Origin: a virus
Lineage: Duplodnaviria; Caudoviricetes
Reading direction: 5' to 3' (one strand)
Virus record (IMG/VR): IMGVR_UViG_3300016476_000882
Location: 1 to 41,655 of that record
Length of the DNA stretch: 41,655 nt
The notes below the pieces were generated by a model that was given only the letters and a program-made list of their open reading frames with translations, was not told where the DNA came from and did no database searches. Below are positions 36,666 through 41,655 of the stretch, piece after piece. A program made the position numbers and the translations under genes. The first letter of the stretch is position 1. Every line of letters begins with the position of its first letter.

Positions 36666-36932
36666 ATGCCAACTACAACCTTTCAAGGATATAATGCACA
36701 AGAATTAACTCCCGATGATGATAACAACATCACCATCGGGGGTACTTCTATTGACAACTTGGAGAATGGTGTATGTTTGTATATTGGTGGCAGCGGTAAC
36801 ATAAAAGTTACAATGTTAAGCGGTCAAATAGTGACTTTTGTTGGATTGGTTGCAGGTTCATTCTTGCCAATTCAAATTAAAAAGTTGTGGGCTACTGACA
36901 CTTCTGCAACTAATATTATAGGTTTATACTAA
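36666..36932 (+). CDS. Spike-base-like protein (similar to RcGTA head-spike base Rcc01079 family)
   Basis: LYIGGSGNIKV...VTF.GL.AGSFLPIQIKKLWAT.T.ATNIIGL; ATG 36666 preferred. Confidence 0.6.
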   Translation: MPTTTFQGYNAQELTPDDDNNITIGGTSIDNLENGVCLYIGGSGNIKVTMLSGQIVTFVGLVAGSFLPIQIKKLWATDTSATNIIGLY

Positions 36933-37084
36933 TGCCAATAGTCATTGCAATGGGAAATTGCATTGGATGGGAATCCAATGTAGGAGGAGGCGTTGTAGAT
37001 ACCAACGTACTTCTATGGTCTGACCCCGACAATGCTCTGCTTATAGATAGTGGAGGGGGTAAAATTTTAATTTCATTTATATAA
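36932..37084 (+). CDS. 50-aa protein between spike base and fibre (not in ORF track)
   Basis: MPIVIAMGNCIGWESNVGGG...LLIDSGGGKILISFI*; TAATG coupling. Confidence 0.6.
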   Translation: MPIVIAMGNCIGWESNVGGGVVDTNVLLWSDPDNALLIDSGGGKILISFI

Positions 37085-37090
37085 ATATTT

Positions 37091-40000
37091 ATGCCAACTA
37101 ATAAAACCACGGGGGCGTTACCCTTATTATCACAATCAGAAATAAAACCTTGTTTTACTATGCCTATTTGGGATGTGGATGCACAGACCACGAAGCAAGG
37201 TTGTATATCGGATATTATCAATAGTCAACAACTTTATACATTAGGTCTTGGTGCTAATAGTACCATACGTTGTGGAGTTGGCAATAGTGCTATTGGGGCG
37301 TTTTCAAATGCTTTAGGTGGGCAGAACAACTGTTCGGCATCTACATTTTCATCCATCGTTGGTGGATGTGCTAATATCGCTAGTGGATATGGTTCTTTTG
37401 TAGGTGGAGGTATTTCAAATTCTGCTTTAGGAGTGTGTTCATTCGTTGGTGGAGGTCAATTTAATAGGGCTTGTATTGGAAAGGGAAATGTTGTTGTTGG
37501 TGGAGAATTAAATACCGCATCTTCTGATTATTATTCATCAGTAGTTGGTGGACGTGCTAATACATCAAGTGGAAGATATGGCTTAGTTGGTGCGGGATTT
37601 AGTAACACTGCAAGTGGTTATGCTAATTTTATAGGTGGTGGTAAAGGCAATGTATCAACTGTTTGTTATTCATCTATTGTTGGTGGACAATCTAATACTA
37701 TAAGTGCTGCTCATTCTTTTATTGGTGGAGGAGCATCTAATACTGCTAGTGGAGCGTGTAGTTTAGTTGTAGGTGGTCAATCAAATAGAGCATCGGGTGT
37801 TTATTCAAGTGTTTTAGGTGGTTTATCTAATTGCGCAATTGGTGCGGGGGCGGTAGTAGTAGGAGGATGTGGTAATTGTAATAGTGCACAAGACCAAGGT
37901 GGTTTTATAGGTGCGGGTACAAACAATAGAATTGATGGTTCGCAAACTTATGCCGCATCAATTTTAGGAGGTGATTGCAATATTATTTGCAACAATGGAC
38001 AATATAGTTCAATTGTTGGTGGTCGTTTAAGTAATATTTCAGCCCGAAATTCAATGATTGGTGCGGCTGCACTAAGTAGTATAAGTGGTACTTATAGTTT
38101 TATTGGTTCGGGTTCTTTTAATGGAATATCCTCATCAAGTTCTTTTATTGGAAGTGGTTCTAATAATAATGTTACGGGAGATGCTTCCGTTGTTGTAGGT
38201 GGAAGATGCAACCAAGTTACAAGTTGTTGTAGTATTGTTGGCGGTGGATTTGCTAACTGCGCTACATCTGTATTTAGTAGTGTTGTAGGTGGGTGTGGCA
38301 ATATTGCGTGTGGATATGGCTCTTTCATTGGAGGTGGAAATTTAAATAGAATATTGGGTTCTGGTCTTTTCTCAAGCATTTTAGGAGGATTTTCAAACTG
38401 TGTTAATTTTACAGGTTTTATTGTTGGAGGTAATAATAACGTATCAGTAGGAGGAGCATCATTTATCGGAGCGGGTAATCAGAATTGTGTAAGTGCTAAC
38501 AATTCATTTATAGGTGCAGGTAATCAAAATACTAATAGTGGATATAATGGAGTATTAGTTGGAGGATTGACTAATTGTGTTTGTGTTGGTTATGGATTTA
38601 TAGGTGGGGGTAGAAATAATAAAGCACTAATAAGTAATTATGCAACTATTGTTGGAGGTCAAAACAATACTGCAAGTGGTTATTGGTCATTCCTTGGAGG
38701 TGGTAATAACAATACTTCAAGTGGATATATGAGTTTTCTTGGTGGTGGTCAAGCAAACACATCAAGCGGTTGTAGGTCGGTAGTTGTAGGAGGGGCTTCA
38801 AATATTTCAAGTGCAATTAATAGTTTTGTTGGTGGCGGTTCATCTAACCAAGCCACAAACAATTTTGCCGTAATAGGGGGAGGTCAAGTAAACCAAGCCA
38901 TATCTGTATTTTCTAGTGTAGTTAATGGTTGTGGAAATGTTTCTTCGGGATATGGAGCATTTATAGGTAGTGGTAGAAGTAACTCTAATGCGGGGTGCTT
39001 TAGTTCAATATTGAATGGTTGTAGTAACTCAATCAACTCTGTTGCTCAAAATAGTGCTATTTTATCGGGTTATTTAAATACAATAACTAATACTACTTGT
39101 GGAGTTATTGTTGGTGGTTTTCAGAATACAATAAGTGGATATAGTAACGAAGGTGGATTTATTGGTGGTGGTAGAAGTAATACTATTTGTGGAGATGCTA
39201 GATATGGTTCTTATATAGTAGCAGGTCAAAATAATACTGTAAGTGGATATGGTTCGGGAGTCCTTGGTGGATGTTGTAACAGAGCATTAGGTGTTAATTA
39301 TAGTCCTAATGTTGGAACTTTTGTTTTAGGGGGTAGTTTAAATTGTGCATCAAATGAAACTACTATTGTTTCGGGATGTTGTAACGTAAGTGTTGGGTAT
39401 CGCTCAACTATTGTTGGAGGTAATTTTAATTGCATACCAAATACAGGGGTATTAGCATTTATAGGTAACGGAAATTCTAATAGAGCATTAGGAACTTATG
39501 CAGCAATAGTAGGTGGTTTCTCTAACTGCGCTTGTTGTGATTCTTTCATAGGAGGAGGTAACAATAACTTAGCAACGGGAACTGATAGTATAGTTGTAGG
39601 AGGTTTCCTTAACTGCGCTACCTCTGTATTTAGTAGTGTTGTAGGTGGATGTGGTAATCAAGCATTGAGTTATGGTACTTTCATTGGTGGAGGTGTTAAT
39701 AATTGTGTTTGTTCAATTGCTACTTTTGGAGCAATAGTTGGAGGTCTTAATAATTGCATTAGAAATACTAATTATAGTGTTGTAGTTGGTGGTGAGTGTA
39801 ATGTAGCGGGATTTAGTGCTCCAGCAGACCATATATTTGTAGGAGGCGGTAAAAACAATCGTGCTTGTGAGTGGTGTTCGGCAGTAGTTGGCGGAGAAAA
39901 TAATTTAGCGGGAGCAAGAAGGTCTTTTGTTGGTGGAGGATGTAATAATACTGCGGGAAATCTTGATAGTTTTGTTGGTGGTGGTGTTGGTAATAGTGCT

Positions 40001-41655
40001 ACAACAAATAGTCATACAGTAGTTGTAGGAGGGTTTAATAATAATGCTACGGGCACTCAATCATTTGTAGGTGGTGGAAGTGGTAATACCGCATCGGGAT
40101 ACCGCTCAAGCGTTGTAGGAGGTCAAAATAGTGCTGCAACGGGTTGTTGGTCAAGTGCAAGTGGTTTTTATGGGAGAGCGTGTGGTAATTATTCATTTGT
40201 AGGTGGTGGTAATAGAGTTTGTGCAACTAATGAATGTGGTGTTGCCGTAGGTGGTAGATTAAATTGTTCTACGGGAATAGGCAGTTCAATTGTAGGTGGT
40301 GCTCAAAACGTAGCAAGTGCAAATAATTCCATAGTGGTCGGAGGTTCTTCAAATACATCAAGTGGTAATTATAGTTCTGTTTTAGGTGGTGGATTGAACT
40401 GCGCTACATCTGTATTTAGTTCTGTTGTAGGTGGGTGTGGAAATAGAGCAACGGGATACGCATCATTTGTTGGAGGTGGTGTTTCTAACTCTGCGGTTGG
40501 AGCAAATAGTGCAGTAGTAGGTGGTTTTAATGTTAGAGCGTGTGCAAGTAACTCAAGTGTTTTAGGTGGTTCAAATAATCTTGTTGATAGCACATCAATT
40601 GGTTCTTCTATTTTAAATGGTGAAGCAAATGGTATTAGTGTTTGTTCACGATATTCTTTATTAGGTGGTGATAGTAATTCGATTGGAGGTTGCACTTATG
40701 CATCTGCTCTTATGGCGGGACGTGCAAACTCTCTTGTTGGCACTTACGCTTTTATGGGTGGTGGGTTTGTTAATACAGTTAGTAATGTTTATGGTTTTAT
40801 AGGTACGGGGTGGAACAATATAGCAAGTAATGTTAGGTCTTCAGTTATTAATGGTGCTTGTAATACGGCATCAGGTTATTCCTCTTTTATTGCTAATGGA
40901 GGTTTAAATTGTACAACGGCTAGTAGGGCTTTTATTGGAAATGGTGAGGGTAATGTTGCATCGGGAGGATGTTCATTTATAGGTAATGGAAGATTAAATT
41001 TAGCATTAGGGGGTTTTGCCAATATAGTAGGTGGGTTCTCTAACTGTGCTTGTAATTCTGCATTTATTGGAGGTGGCAGCAACAACATTTCAACGGGTAT
41101 TTATTCAAATGTTGTTGGAGGTTTAACAAACTGCTCTCAAGGGATATTTGCGGCAGTCGTTGGTGGTTGTGCAAACGCGGCATCGGGTAACGCATCATTT
41201 GTTGGAGGTGGTACGGGCAATAGGGCTACATCTTGCCGTGCAGTAATTGCGGGTGGAGACCAAAACTTAGCAAGTGGAAACCCTTCATTTGTTGGAAGTG
41301 GTTTCTTAAATAATGCTACGGGTGTTTATTCGGGTATTGTTTCGGGTCTTAGGAACTTGGCTTCATCAAACAACGCATTTGTCGGTGGTGGTTTTTGTAA
41401 CATAGCAAGTGGAGCAAATTCAACTATTAGTGGTGGATATTGCAACACTGCTTCATCAGCCTATGCAGTTATTGGTGGTGGTGTAAATAACTTGGCTAAT
41501 GGAGTATATTCGACAATTGTATCGGGTAATACCAATTGCAATTGTGGATTAGCATCTGTTGTCTTAGGTGGTGAATCAAACGCAATTACTCACAACTATG
41601 CGGGTGTTTACGGATGCGCGATTACTTCATCAATGGATTGTGCTTGGCACGTTAA
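37091..41655 (+). CDS. Giant Gly/Asn/Ser/Cys-rich repeat fibre/adhesin (at least 1521 aa, runs off the window; not in ORF track)
   Basis: ATG 37091 MPTNKTTGALPLL...; about 15-aa repeats S-[FVI]-[VI]-G-G-G-x-x-N-x-A-x-G; same frame at every point checked, through to ...CAWHV at the window end. Confidence 0.88.
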   Translation, partial: MPTNKTTGALPLLSQSEIKPCFTMPIWDVDAQTTKQGCISDIINSQQLYTLGLGANSTIRCGVGNSAIGAFSNALGGQNNCSASTFSSIVGGCANIASGYGSFVGGGISNSALGVCSFVGGGQFNRACIGKGNVVVGGELNTASSDYYSSVVGGRANTSSGRYGLVGAGFSNTASGYANFIGGGKGNVSTVCYSSIVGGQSNTISAAHSFIGGGASNTASGACSLVVGGQSNRASGVYSSVLGGLSNCAIGAGAVVVGGCGNCNSAQDQGGFIGAGTNNRIDGSQTYAASILGGDCNIICNNGQYSSIVGGRLSNISARNSMIGAAALSSISGTYSFIGSGSFNGISSSSSFIGSGSNNNVTGDASVVVGGRCNQVTSCCSIVGGGFANCATSVFSSVVGGCGNIACGYGSFIGGGNLNRILGSGLFSSILGGFSNCVNFTGFIVGGNNNVSVGGASFIGAGNQNCVSANNSFIGAGNQNTNSGYNGVLVGGLTNCVCVGYGFIGGGRNNKALISNYATIVGGQNNTASGYWSFLGGGNNNTSSGYMSFLGGGQANTSSGCRSVVVGGASNISSAINSFVGGGSSNQATNNFAVIGGGQVNQAISVFSSVVNGCGNVSSGYGAFIGSGRSNSNAGCFSSILNGCSNSINSVAQNSAILSGYLNTITNTTCGVIVGGFQNTISGYSNEGGFIGGGRSNTICGDARYGSYIVAGQNNTVSGYGSGVLGGCCNRALGVNYSPNVGTFVLGGSLNCASNETTIVSGCCNVSVGYRSTIVGGNFNCIPNTGVLAFIGNGNSNRALGTYAAIVGGFSNCACCDSFIGGGNNNLATGTDSIVVGGFLNCATSVFSSVVGGCGNQALSYGTFIGGGVNNCVCSIATFGAIVGGLNNCIRNTNYSVVVGGECNVAGFSAPADHIFVGGGKNNRACEWCSAVVGGENNLAGARRSFVGGGCNNTAGNLDSFVGGGVGNSATTNSHTVVVGGFNNNATGTQSFVGGGSGNTASGYRSSVVGGQNSAATGCWSSASGFYGRACGNYSFVGGGNRVCATNECGVAVGGRLNCSTGIGSSIVGGAQNVASANNSIVVGGSSNTSSGNYSSVLGGGLNCATSVFSSVVGGCGNRATGYASFVGGGVSNSAVGANSAVVGGFNVRACASNSSVLGGSNNLVDSTSIGSSILNGEANGISVCSRYSLLGGDSNSIGGCTYASALMAGRANSLVGTYAFMGGGFVNTVSNVYGFIGTGWNNIASNVRSSVINGACNTASGYSSFIANGGLNCTTASRAFIGNGEGNVASGGCSFIGNGRLNLALGGFANIVGGFSNCACNSAFIGGGSNNISTGIYSNVVGGLTNCSQGIFAAVVGGCANAASGNASFVGGGTGNRATSCRAVIAGGDQNLASGNPSFVGSGFLNNATGVYSGIVSGLRNLASSNNAFVGGGFCNIASGANSTISGGYCNTASSAYAVIGGGVNNLANGVYSTIVSGNTNCNCGLASVVLGGESNAITHNYAGVYGCAITSSMDCAWHV

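Noticed and set aside
153-41088. Minus-strand ORFs in the track (e.g. 153-404, 5179-5475, 12138-12476, 15034-15402, 25468-25878, 38092-38379, 40369-40695, 40876-41088)
   Set aside because: All are antisense shadows of well-supported + strand genes; the Pro-rich ones mirror Gly codons.
37091-41655. Fibre repeats as DGR template/variable regions or as non-coding DNA
   Set aside because: No reverse transcriptase in view, differences are not adenine-specific, and the region is one open frame omitted only because it has no stop in the window.
1-41655. Stop-codon reassignment
   Set aside because: Genes tile densely under the standard code, with TAA, TGA and TAG all used as stops.

Overview
AT-rich, gene-dense viral DNA, almost all on the + strand. 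The host is most likely Bacteroidota, judging by repeated TAnnTTTG promoter boxes and A-rich starts without Shine-Dalgarno motifs. No terminase, portal, HK97 capsid or tail genes are recognisable. Instead there is an A32/FtsK-HerA-type packaging ATPase, a separately transcribed 231-aa candidate capsid protein with a distant paralog, and about 30 small membrane-anchored proteins, which points to a large tailless, internal-membrane virus. From left to right: (1) intein-containing GT4 glycosyltransferase, HTH protein and Mom-like DNA modifier; (2) 'polyvalent' proteins (two ADP-ribosyltransferase-like domains, LPD29-like, DUF2958-like) whose domains are separated by a recurring [MFYL]-x-x-G-G motif, plus a MoxR AAA ATPase with a class-3 intein and a VWA-like partner; (3) lysis/entry genes; (4) PAP2 phosphatase, RusA, packaging ATPase and capsid candidate; (5) membrane proteins, many sharing a [FYWL]-x-x-A-[DN]-G motif, around an HExxH metalloprotease; (6) a glycosyltransferase + sulfotransferase + PAPS-synthesis-like cassette; (7) NUMOD4-HNH endonuclease, a spike-base-like protein and a >1500-aa Gly/Asn/Cys-rich repeat fibre that runs off the window and is missing from the ORF track. 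All family assignments come from motif recognition by eye, not from database searches.
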